A stretch of DNA of 64,000 bases. It comes from Phoronis australis. Lineage: Eukaryota; Animalia; Phoronida. The stretch is from assembly GCA_002633005.1 (NCBI GenBank), contig NMRA01000425.1, positions 107,523 to 171,522 on the forward strand, given 5' to 3'. Below the pieces are notes generated by a model. The model was given only the letters and a program-made list of their open reading frames with translations. It was not told where the DNA came from and made no database searches. The position numbers and the translations under genes are program-made. Shown here one piece after another: positions 10,088 to 21,700 of this stretch (position 1 is its first letter; every line of letters starts with the position of its first letter).

Positions 10088-13000
10088 CTTAAGCAACCGT
10101 CGATTTGCTCCCAGCTTTCTCAGAAACTCGGTGAGTGTGGGACCTGAAATAGAACGCCGTCACTTAGCGTAGACACAGGAACTTCATTCGGCCCTCTCCG
10201 TGGTCTCAGAATTTCACAACTACATCTTTTCGGTTCTGGAAAAATTTTGCTAATGCCTTAAACATGTCAGTTTTTATTGCGGTCTCGTTGTGTCCGACGG
10301 GCTCATTGTCTTACCTACATGTAATCCAGACACACTATTCAACGAATACCTGGATGTTGCACTTGTGTACTTACTGTCCGAACATCAATTCAAAATTTGA
10401 GCTTCTAGTTTGCTCAGTTATGCCCTTTGGACCATTGTGTGTTGTTTCATATTTTTTTTTCAAAATTTAATACTTTGTCAGCTATTCAAATTGGGATGTA
10501 ACTTGTCATAAGTAGACTTCATTCACTTCATTTCATTAACGAACGAAACTATTGGAAAAACTTGCACGCTATGAATGAAATTAGGCGATGACGAAAGCTG
10601 GCTGTTGATCGGAATATCATTATTCTTGATCGAGTTAGTAGGGTTTTACAAATGATCGCTGCAACGCTAGTTTACGTTTTAGTGGGTAAACGATTATCAA
10701 ACGTGCTGCGTCTTAGAACTTTTTTCTTATTGATTTGGGGTTTGGTCAGCGCAAGTTTTTCAGCCAAGGGTTTGTTTTATGAAAAGTGACCGAAGACTTG
10801 GACAGAAATTTAGTTTCACACTCCCTCTTCGCAACTGCTGAAAAATTGTTTAGTTAAGTAAGCATGAGCTGATCACAGTCGAAGTTAAGTAAGCATGAGC
10901 TGATCACAGTCGAGAAATAATTTACAGAAGTTATCTCAGTAACTAGCAGTTGTGTGTACATTATCAGATACTTTCAATTTTTGCTCAAGCGGGATGCAAT
11001 TACTTTTCAGAAGTACTTGTGTGGCGCGTAAGACCAAATCTCTGACTTCGGTCTTGACTCACTTTTCAAGAAGCAGGTCCGCGGTTGTTAACCAAGCTAA
11101 CAGCTGTATGAGACCGAACGCCACAGTAAACATCAGAGCGGAGTTCAGTAACGCTGGGACCTCGCTAAAAACAAGACTTCGCCGTGTATTTTATATGAGA
11201 ACACGTGATTTTGATTAGAATTAGGTCCTTGCGTTATTGAACTCTACAGCTATCCAAACTGTGTTGTATATTTGCGTGGCTGCATCGGTTAAGTGAGTCG
11301 AGAATCGTCATCAATCACCCAAACCTGAGAACGTTCTGTAGCCCTTGAATGAAATCAACAAAGTGTTCCAAAAGCGGAATTTTCCGGCTGGAACGTCCTT
11401 TGTTATTCTTTGGTACAAAACTGTTTGTAATCAGCCTGGGTAAAACTATTGAAATGAAATTTCGCGTAAAATTAATGCCATTTGAATGTACACCCATCCT
11501 TAAGTGAATTAACTCTGTTATGGGTGCTAAATTTTGTCATTGTTTCGTTATTCTTGTGCTAATTTTGTCGACTTTGAGAGTTATGAATAACAGAACGCCA
11601 TCTATTGCTCAATTTTCCTTCAAAAAACTGTCCTCAAATAAGTCCACGTTCAATTTGGAATACAATGCCAAGACTATTTTCCCGTCCTTGCAGTTTCGAT
11701 CATTGTTAAATAAAATTACCAATAAACTTCATTTCTGAGCAAATTTTACTTTGGCGAAGTTGTCACCATCTCTTGACACATGTAGCTGTATCAAAAATCG
11801 AATAAATTGAAATGGCTAGTGTTCGTGAACTCAGCGAAAGGGTTTTCTTTATTATAAAGTGTGAGAGTGCTGCAAGTACGTGACGTTTGTTAAACTGTGT
11901 TCCTTTGTAACGGCAGTAACGAGCAAGATATAAAGATATCGTTTAATTCTTGGAGTTGTGAAAAGGTACGGGATGTTGGTCCGACGCACTACGTTTTGGT
12001 ATCGATGTCATGGCCAAAAATCATGTTTCAAATTCAAGGGAATAAAAGGCGAGCTTTGCTCATTTCGCCAGGTTTTTTTACCCTCGTCAATTGGTTGCTA
12101 GCTGACTGGCTAAGATTTGGGTGTCTCGGTTTTGCGTATATATGTGTGGTAACACGTGACTTCCGGCTGTGACATGAGTAGCATAAATGCTGGCCAAGTG
12201 GCATTTGCCTCTTGGCTGAACTGTTTGAACGCTCGATTTACCCCGGTTCAGTTCGCGTAGTAGGCAAAATTTTCTACACATGATTTTTTTCACTAAAACC
12301 CAATGCTGGTCATAACAGTGGTCGTTACAGCAGAAACACATCGCCATTGGAACACTGCCTAACGCCACGGCCATGTATGTTTTTATGTTTACCGTAAATG
12401 TTCGTGCCACACACTGTTGTACCGTGTGAAAGCATATCGGGTGTCATTCCGAAAGCTACATAGAGGTGACTGTCAATTCTGCACAAAATCCATCCTGTGT
12501 GCACAACCGTTTGTAACGCAGTTTTGTCTACGGCAGCTACTTGTTCCCGCAGGAACCAGAACACTTCACAGTCACTGCACGTAAACTGTGACTCTTCTGT
12601 AAAACTATCATCAAAGATGTCCGAGGAACTCAATGTCAAAGATGATTGAGGCGAATTCCTACTACATTCGCCAAGTTCGTCTATGCCAGCAAAGTTTTGT
12701 TTAGATGCCGATTTCCCGTTCTTACAAGAGCGAGAGTGCGTCTGCAGGCAAGCACAGATATTTGAAACACAGCACCAAATTTTCTTCATGATTAACAGTA
12801 GCCAGAGAACCACCAAGTGGCGAAAGATTTTGAACATAGCTTCATTGCACGTGAAATGGTGTCAAGCCGTGAAATTGTATGAAACGCATGTCGAATATGC
12901 AACGTCACTATGAATGACGACGAGGTCAACGTGTCTTTTGAGATTTACGTTGGTCTCCAAAATCCGATTCGAGAACTGATGCATTGAAAAGCATTTAGAA

Positions 13001-13357
13001 GCGTTTTTCAGTTACACGTTACGCAGTGCGGGAGATTTCCCCGATTAGAATTTAATCAAAGTGTAAGCTTTCACCCTGTGAACTTCGATGTTAATTTTTG
13101 ACAGTCAAGTTCTTGGGCTACAACAATTCCAGTCATTCTTTTGTAGATAATAGCATAAAGAAGAAGACTTTACAAATTTTGTGCAAAAAATCGTTTTTGC
13201 GGAAATTTCGATATGATTTCTGTGAAAACTCACATTGCTTTTGTGCACACAATAAGATTTTGTAAACATCACTGGTTTTGAAAATATATAGCTTAATGTG
13301 TCTACCATTAATACTTTATTGTTGTTTAAGAAGTTTTAACCTTGGCAATTAAAGAAT

Positions 13358-13482
13358 CCTGTTACATTAAGTCATGACGTACTCCAGCACAGAATAATAT
13401 ACTGTTCGCTTAAGTCATAATGCACTCCAGCACAGAATAACACTGTTACCTTAAGTCATAATACACTCCAGCACAGGATAAT
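13358..13482. repeat. Degenerate ~40-bp tandem repeat, ~3 copies (CTGTTACCTTAAGTCATAATACACTCCAGCACAGAATAA-like)
   Basis: Repeated TTAAGTCAT and ACTCCAGCACAG blocks; partly deleted in the duplicate (~15118-15223). Confidence 0.7.
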
Positions 13483-14022
13483 ATAAGAAGGATCATACAT
13501 CAGTGGGAAAGAAAATATAAGAAACAATTTGGTGTTTGAGATCGACCATTAGATGACCGGCTCACGTGGAATTTCCAGTCACCAGATGGGGGAAACAGAG
13601 GTTTCCCATAACTCCTCATTTCAGACATGCGTAAGATTCACAATTCGAGCTTCTTGACGGTGTTGTGGGTCAGAAAGTCGTCTATCAAAATATTTGATAT
13701 GAATTTTAGCGGCACTTTTAGATTACAACCGTTCGTCGGCTCAACATAACACGGCAGTTCACTTAAGGCGTGCACGCACAGCACGTCTTCAATCTCTATT
13801 CTTCCCAAGTCCAGAAATCATTTCGAACAACATCGGTACGCGTTACGGAAGATCGTGTCCGTGGATTTCAATCCCACTTATATAGTTGACATCACTCTTT
13901 ATAAAATATCAATGAAAATAATTATAAACGTAAGTATGTTTCGGCATCCTTTAATTAATCTGTCCATCATTATTTTGACACGAAAATAAAGATATGTGAA
14001 TTTAGTTCATTCAGTGTCTTAA

Positions 14023-14327
14023 AGGGAAAGACAACATTTTTTCTTGTCATTTTTAGCAAAAATAAGGTTCTTTGATTATCCCAGACATACTATACTTGTT
14101 TACTTAATTACAACTTTTCGTAATTAATTATTTGTCCTTTACTCCTGAGAACTGACGTTTTGGGAGGCAAGAATTTCGCGCCAATTTTTTTTCATATAGT
14201 GTGACTGTGAGAGCTGTGGAGTCAATCATTGTTATACCTCGGCTGTGACAAGTTCGGTCGTTGTTTGCTTTTGTTTACGAGCCAGTCAACATGCCACACT
14301 GCTGCTGCGAACCGGGATGTACTCATT
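14023..14327. mobile_element. Left TIR of the Kolobok-type element (first haplotype copy)
   Basis: TTAA|AGGGAAAGAC start; equivalent to 15764-16066. Confidence 0.75.
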
Positions 14328-14793
14328 GATCAGAACGAGAGCTCTACGTATATTTTTAGGGGTCCACAAGTATGCTGCCAATGCAGTACTTTATGGCGAC
14401 TCGGGTTGGCCAAATTCACACTACAAACAACAGGAAAATATGCTACGGCTCTGGAATCGTTTAGTTCTAATGGATGAAAGCAGAATTGCAAAAAAAGTCT
14501 TTTTATGGGACCTTAAACATCGGAACTGCAACTGGTCAAGTTCAATATTTAAAATTATGGAGAAGTGCGACTTTTTAGAAAATTTCAGGAACAAACAAGT
14601 TGTGTCTCTCGAAAACTTCAGAACATTCAGGTTCCAGTTAGAAGAGTTAAATTGGTTAAAAATAATCACTGAGAAACCAAAACTGTACTTATATAGATCT
14701 ATTAAGAATGACTATTGTGTAGAAGAGTATTTACGTCTGCCGGTGTCTCAGAGGTCCGTCATAGCTCGATTGAGAGCAGGTATTCTACCATTA
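14328..14793 (+). mobile_element. 5'-truncated non-LTR retrotransposon (LINE) ORF2 fragment, post-RT region, open frame
   Basis: Translation RALRIFLGV...AVLYGDSGW...LRLWNRLVLMDESRIAKKVFLWD...KPKLYLYRSIK...EEYL...RSVIARLRAGILPL matches the typical C-terminal part of invertebrate CR1/L2-group ORF2. It is absent from the duplicate. Confidence 0.8.
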
Positions 14794-15763
14794 NATTTCC
14801 CCGATTAGAATTTAATCAAAGTGTAAGCTTTCACCCTGTGAACTTCGATGTTAATTTTTGACAGCCAAGTTCTTGGGCTACAACAATTTCAGTCATTCTT
14901 TTGTAGATAATAGCATAAAGAAGAAGACTTTACAAATTTTGTGCAAAAAATTGTTTTTTTCGGAAATTTCGATGATTTCTGTGAAAACTCACATTGCTTT
15001 TGTGCACACAATAAGATTCTGTAAACATCACTGGTTTTGAAAATATATAGCTTAATGTGTCTACCATTAATACTTTAATGTTGTTTAAGAAGTTCTAACC
15101 TTGGCAATTAAAGAATCCTGTTACCTTAAGTCATGACGTACTCCAGCACAGAATGATATACTGTTCGCTTAAGTCATAATGCACTGTTACCGTAAGTCAT
15201 AATACACTCCAGCACAGGATAATATAAGAAGGATCATATATCAGTGGGAAAGAAAATATAAGAAACAATTTGGTGTTTGAGATCGACCATTAGATGACCG
15301 GCTCACGTGGAATTTCCAGTCACCATATGGGGGAAACAGAGGTTTCCCGTAACTCCTCATTTCAGAAATGCGTAAGATTCACAATTCGAGCTTCTTGACG
15401 GTGTTGTGGGTCAGAAAGTCGTCTATCAAAGTATTTGATATGAACTTTAGCGGCACTTTTAGATTACAACCGTTCGTCGGCTCAACATAACACGGCAGTT
15501 CACTTTAGGCGTGAACGCACAGCACGTCTTCAATCTCTATTCTTCCCAAGTCCAGAAATCATTTCGAACAAGATTGGTACGTGTTACGGAAGATCGTGTC
15601 CGTGGATTTCAGTCCCACTTATATAGTTGACATCACTCTTTATAAAATATCAATGAAAATAATTATAAACGTAAGTATGTTTCGGCATCCTTTAATTAAT
15701 CTGTCCATTTTTATTTTGACACGAAAATCAAGATATGTGAATTTAGTTCATTCAGTGTCTTAA

Positions 15764-16667
15764 AGGGAAAGACAACATTTTTTCTTGTTATTTTTAGCAA
15801 AAATAAGGTTCTTTGATTATCCCAGACATACTATACTTGTTCACTTAATTACAACTTTTCGTAATTAATTATTTGTCCTTTACTCCGGAAGTGACGTTTT
15901 GGGAGGCAAGAATTTCGCACCAATTTCTTTTCATATAGTGTGACTGTGAGAGCTGTGGAGTCAATCATTGTTATACCTCGGCTGTGACAAGTTCGGTCGT
16001 AGTTTGCTTTTGTTTACGAGCCAGTCAACATGCTACACTGCTGCTGCGAACCGGGATGTACTCATTATCTCCCAGAGCCTGTAAGCAGCCCATGCTGCGA
16101 TGTTGAATAGAGGGAGTAAATACAGGCCCCGTTCGACACACAGTGAAGACAGCTCGTTGCCTAATGAATAGATCGGTAAGCCAAACTTTGCGAAGTTTAG
16201 TGAGGACTTCTTTTAAGTATTGGGGCTATTTCGAAAGTGCCAGGTGTGTGGGGAGGGAGTCACACGGCGGTATATAATCAGTTTGTGTGCTCACGTCACC
16301 ATCCAGTGGGAGGGTGTCGCTGGACACTCGGGCAAGTGGGACAATGGTTCCTCCGTCTATGAGACTGTAATGAGTACATCTCGGTACGCAGCAGTAGTGC
16401 GACATGTTGACTGACTCGTAAACAAAAGCAAACGACGACCGAGCTAATTACAACGGAGGTAGAGCAATGACCGACTCGGCAGCTCTCACATTCGGACTAT
16501 ATGAAAAGAAATTGGCGCGAAATACTTGCCTCCCAGATCGTTACTTCCGGAGTAAAGGACTAGTAATTGTTTAAATTACAAAAAACTATAATTAAATGAA
16601 AAATAAGTCTGGGATAATCAACGAACCTTTTTAGCTAAAAATGACATGAAAAAAGTTGCCTTCGTCT
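15764..16667 (+). mobile_element. Non-autonomous Kolobok-like DNA transposon with ~300-bp TIRs, TTAA flanks and an internal transposase remnant
   Basis: TTAA at 15760-15763 and 16668-16671. 15764-16066 is an imperfect inverted repeat of ~16369-16667. Internal 16220-16350 translates LGLFRKCQVCG...VTIQWEGVAGHSGKW, resembling the LF-x2-CxxC...GH-x3-W motif I recall from Kolobok transposases. Confidence 0.75.
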
Positions 16668-16721
16668 TTAAAAGAATCACTCTACTGGGATAGAAATCTT
16701 AAATTGGACTGAACGGTTCAT

Positions 16722-17085
16722 CTGATGATTTCAATCAATCCCCGTTCTGTCACCTGCTACTGCATCATTGACGCCAATCTTGAAAGAAAGAAAACAGGAA
16801 TCAGCTAAAAACCTGTACTCCTTTACGCCACAGATTGGATAATGTGATTATTGGTTTGATAATTTTTCGCCACAGTTGCATTGTACTTCGCTAAAAGCGT
16901 AGGTCACGCTTAATTCCCAGTTTAGCACAGTTTGAAAAGGAGTTTTCGAAAATTTCTCCAAACTTTGAGGGTTGTCGAGGGTTATAAAATATTGTTTTGT
17001 TTCATGGGATTCAGTGGGAATGTCATTTTTAATATCCGTTAAGTGGCCAAAACCAACCGGGTTTGGTAGCCGTTTAAGATATTCT
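16722..17085 (+). mobile_element. Intact-looking copy of the ~360-bp interspersed repeat also seen at 1246-1910
   Basis: Shares GTTCTGTCACCTGCTA.TGCATCA.TG.CG.CAATCT and the downstream blocks with those copies. Confidence 0.65.
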
Positions 17086-17354
17086 GGTACAAGCGACAGC
17101 ACGTGTAATCTGCCATAGGCAAGTACTCAGTGTCGCAGGGTGAACTTTAAATATTGCTATGAATTGCATGGATAGTCCAATACTTGTAGAATAACATAAA
17201 TCTGTTCGAGGAAGGTTTTGGTTACGATTGCTTTGGACACCGCGGTGCCGGAAGGAGAGATTCGCTAGCTCTCGTTAGCGCTAGGAGCAGCAGAGAAACA
17301 ATGTCATGTTAGTTGATATGAAGTTTGTGAGACTATTTCCTCAAGTTTCACACA

Positions 17355-18766
17355 TTAGACATTAATTTTATTTGAAAACTTTGTACGATAAAAGTTTTCC
17401 AGCATGTTAATTTTCTCCTGCCAGTCAGCCTTGCTGCGTCTATCCTCTGTGAAAGGACTGCATTCTTCTTGGCTGTGTCTATTAGGTATTTGAGCTGGAA
17501 TTCTTTGTTTGTCGATTGCCTGCTGCTTTTTATCTAGTTGGTCGTTTTCACGAGCGAGTGCGCCACTGAAACTATCTGGAGATGTTGTGGAGAAGTCATC
17601 CAAATCGCAATCACTGTAGTCGTCGTCTTCGCTGACTGACGCTGTTGGTGAACTTTGCTTAACAGGTTGTCCTCTGACCGGTATTGGCACCTTCAGTACG
17701 TTGACACGAGGCGGGTTGTTACAGTGCATCCTTATCGGTTTCTCTAGTCCAAGGCGACTGTCAGTGGGAATGCTCGACATGTCCTTTTGGCTGCCATGCT
17801 CCCTTCTTTTTGGTGATACAGCGTAACTGAGTTCCCATTTCTCACTTGTCTGGGCATAAATATCCTCTAGCTCTTTTGACGTTGGGCGTCTTTTGGTTCT
17901 TCGAGTTTCGCGCTGCTTCTCTTTCTGGGGTCCGAGTTTCCGCTTGTTTTTCGGGGAACCCAGAGTGTACGTCGTACAACCATCGCTTACAGCGGTGACT
18001 TTTTCGACACTTTCATCAAGCAACGTATCGTGTTCACTATTCCCTTTGTTATCGTAAGCTACAATACTTTTGGGGTTCATGTTGGCACCATGTATTATGT
18101 GGGAATTGTTCTTTGGTTTATTTGAATGATGATCGTCACCTCTACCTTTGTTCTCATGGTTGGCAATTTGCGGTACAGTACGTTCAATGATTTCTGATAT
18201 TCTTAAATTGTGGTGAAGCAGTGGGTCGTCTCGATGATCACATTTTGTCAGAGATCTTTCGTTAAACGCTCGACTGCCCGTCTCGTCCTCAGCCATGCTA
18301 CAGGGAGTACCATCTAATCTCTTGCTATCAGAAGACATATCACCAAAGTTTTTGGTCAAGCTCGACAGCATCAGGTCGTCGTCAGTTGTTGGATTACCTC
18401 TTAGTATCAACTCTCGCATTGTCAGTTTTTGAAACTGCTTTTTTCCTTTGATTTTTGTCGGACTGCCGACTTCGGCTTGTGCCGATTCAACACCATACAT
18501 TTCTGCCGAGTTGATAATCGAAACGGCTTTGCTCTTTTTACATCGGGGCCTCTCGACAGTCGCAACGCTTTCCTCCTTGAGTCTTTCCAAGTTTGTGCTG
18601 CTGTCTGTAGCTCTTCTTGGTGGCCACGTGACACTCCGTCTTTTTATGCACGCCACAAACACAACGGCTGCCATGTTACACAATACAATTACTCCAATTA
18701 ACACGAACATCATGGTTCGTGTGTCCGGGGTTTGTCCGTCATCCAAGTTCTTCCTGGTAGCTGATC
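17355..18766 (-). CDS. IgGFc-binding TM protein exon 6 (TM helix and long cytoplasmic tail)
   Basis: Acceptor TTATTTTTAG within ORF 17355..18830; hydrophobic helix followed by KRR and ~430 aa of low-complexity tail. Confidence 0.75.
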
Positions 18767-21700
18767 CTAAAAATAAGGTCACTGTGTTCACTGGAGTCAA
18801 AACAGTTCTTACGATCCTAGCAGTCATCAAACGTTATCACAGTGTATGCAGAACCAACAACTGTTTTCTATGCACGGAGAAAATGAAATGCCAATGGGCG
18901 AGGAGGTATTTTTGGTTTGTTTTTGCAGTCTGCATCATTGGAGGATTCACGTTTCAAATATGCCTATCAACCGCTAGTAGAGAGATTTACAGCAAGACTT
19001 CACCCTGTTTAGCTGGCTAAAACAAAATTCAGCTAAAACTCTCGTAAAATCGACCTTGTGATATTCCTTTTCATGACAAGACCTTATTTACATTTTCGGC
19101 TTTGCGAAATTCAAGGTTGACCAGGCCCAATCAATTCTAAAGCGTTTTCTTGAGTTTCTGGTGGTTTCCATGTTCTTGTTGGTATCGGGAATAGAACCTT
19201 ATCTTAGTAAGGAATGTTATGAGATCGGCTTGATGTCAGTTAATTTGAGTTTAGTTTTTTAGCCAGTTGAACAAGGCGAAGTGCATCTTTAAAAAACCAA
19301 ACAAGACTTTTTCCGTCATTCTTAAGCTGCCGAACCTCCTCTTTTAACCAGGAAATCTTCTGGTGTATCTTCTACATTCTTCTCAACACTGCTAGTGAAT
19401 TCATCATCAAGCTGCTCATTGCAGTCGTCGTCGACTCCTACAGTTACTCCTCGTACGGTGGTGTTTTTACACGGGATAACAGTCCCAAAATTCATTCCGG
19501 CCGGGAAAGCATACGAGTTGCCGTAAACACCTACTCCGTGCACGAATGCTCCGAATCTCACCCCACGAGAGATGTGGCGTAGAACGTGGACTCCTTCGTT
19601 TGCCTTTATTGTTATCACTATCCAGTTAGCGCTGCCAGTCGTGGAGTGAGTCATTTCGAGAATCCTGGAAAACCGAATTTTTACTACGTCAAAAATAGTA
19701 GTTCGCGAGTTAGCATTTAGCCTCCAAGTTCTTTAAGGAGTTGCAATTCTTTTCGGCTTCGACACAACTTCGTCGAATCTAGTCGAATTTCAGACATTTG
19801 TCCTAAGAAATTTTGAAAGCTCAACACCAATTTGTTTCTCACTTTATTTGCCTAGCTTATGCATTTAAAATTCGAAGTTCATTTAAATGGTGGAATGTAC
19901 CGCTTTTCGTCGAAGAAGAGACCTTTTACGTCTTTTTTCCTTACGGTAATGCTGACAAAAGACGAGAAGAGTGGCCCCATATTAAGTGGAGTGCGTGGAA
20001 CAGCCACCACGTAGTGTGACTTAAGGCGTTCAATAGGGGGCACATAAAGAAAATTTGTGGAAGATGCGAGTGTTCCAGTTGGTTCGGAAAGTTTAATGAA
20101 AGTCATGTGGGTGCCGTCTGACGAAGTGACCAAAGGCTGCGATCCCTCTGCGATGAAGTTGGTGACTGATGATTTCCATGTGGGGGTTTGCTCAAAGTAC
20201 CCGATTGCGTCCAATACGTCAAAGTGTGACCAGGATAGGCCGAACGCCTTGAATGAGGATGCTAAGAATCCCGGTAGTCCAACCACGGATGATTTACCCC
20301 AGAGGTTCACTGGAGCGAGCTGTTTGGTGTATACTGGTGACATTTTTCCGGCGTTGTTCAAGAGGAAAGCAGCCACCGGTACCGTCACGTTAACACAGAG
20401 CAACTGGTTCTCTTTTATATACCGCGATGACAGGGTTAGCACCTGAAAGGCAATTAAATGACGTTTAAAGGACAACATTAACATTGCCATTCTCAGGCAA
20501 TTTGGGTTATTTTGACATATTTACTCTTTCAGTTGATTTATAATGAAAAGGGAACTTAGATATTTATATTTGAACTAGGAAGTTGTGACGTGGTGGCCAA
20601 GTTCCGAAAATGCCAAGTGGTCCGTGTAAGCTGGTTTACCTCACCTTTGAGTCGGTCAGATACGCAAAATACAAAAATGTTGACGTGACCATTTAAAAGG
20701 GCTAATTCGGAAGCACCACGAAAGCATTTGTGTTGTGCGTTATACTTTTAGAGGCCTATAATTCGCACTCACGCTTACTCAACACATTCGAAAAGAAAAT
20801 GTTCGCTTTTTATAACAAATGTAACTAGAACGAACTAGGAGAACATTTCGTTCTTTTTGCTTCAAACCGGATTGGAAATATCAAAGTGCACTATTACTTG
20901 AAGTAGAGCATGATGCAAACTTCCTCCTGTTTGTGTTGCACCTCTTTTACTGTACACCTTTGAACCAACTTGTCAATAGACGTGCATATAACTTACTGTT
21001 GAGTCGGGTAGCGTCATGCAGGCTACAGTGTTCGGCCAGCTTCAATAAGAAATACGCAAACACGCTAGTCGTAGACAGATAAGAAACTATCAGACAAAAT
21101 AAGAACGACCAGATCGTCGTATCTTTTTTAAGTATAAACATATTTGTTACCTCTAATGGCTTTATATCTTTCGTGAATGCGATGTCTATTTGGTTGTGCG
21201 AAACGTCACCTGTCGACGAACAGTTTGCTTCAGAGCATACCTCATGCCGCGAGAGACTTGCTGTGCCATGTTCAAGGGACACTATTGCAACTGGCAATGT
21301 GCGATTGACCTCTTCAGAGTGGGGAAGGCAATATACGTTAGACAATGCCGTGAGAGGAAAACTGAGAAATACGTTCCGATGCTTCACTCCTACGCTGTAA
21401 AATTTGTTGAAAACTAAGAGTTTATTTGAATGTCATGAAATGGATCTTTAGTTTACGGACCCTTCAGATCTTCAGTGCATGTCCTTATTAGCCGGCAGCG
21501 AACTTTGTGTATCGCGGGCACACTTCTTGTTTACCAGCTTTCTCGAACAATAATAAAATTTTTCAATGAGATGTTGCTTTGACGAACTTACTGAGAGAAT
21601 AAGTCACGGATTTCCAACGCACTTTCAAAATATTGCAACACTTAAGAAAGCATCTAAGAAAAAGAAATTAAATGTTTGGAAGAAGCTCTGTGAATTACCC

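Larger units (their letters stand above)
7363..11292. repeat. Tandem near-identical duplication, 7363-9168 vs 9495-11292, separated by a TE end and an N
   Basis: Sequences are collinear with scattered substitutions, a 13-bp indel (10158-10170) and 3 vs 2 copies of a 31-bp unit. Single N at 9493. Confidence 0.95.
13035..16066. repeat. Tandem near-identical duplication, 13035-14327 vs 14795-16066, separated by a LINE fragment and an N
   Basis: Collinear copies with few substitutions and indels. Single N at 14794. Confidence 0.95.

Noticed and set aside
9476-10096. A genuine tandem paralog of the orphan gene
   Set aside because: The copy starts right at an N and shows allele-level divergence; an uncollapsed haplotype is more parsimonious, though unproven without reads.
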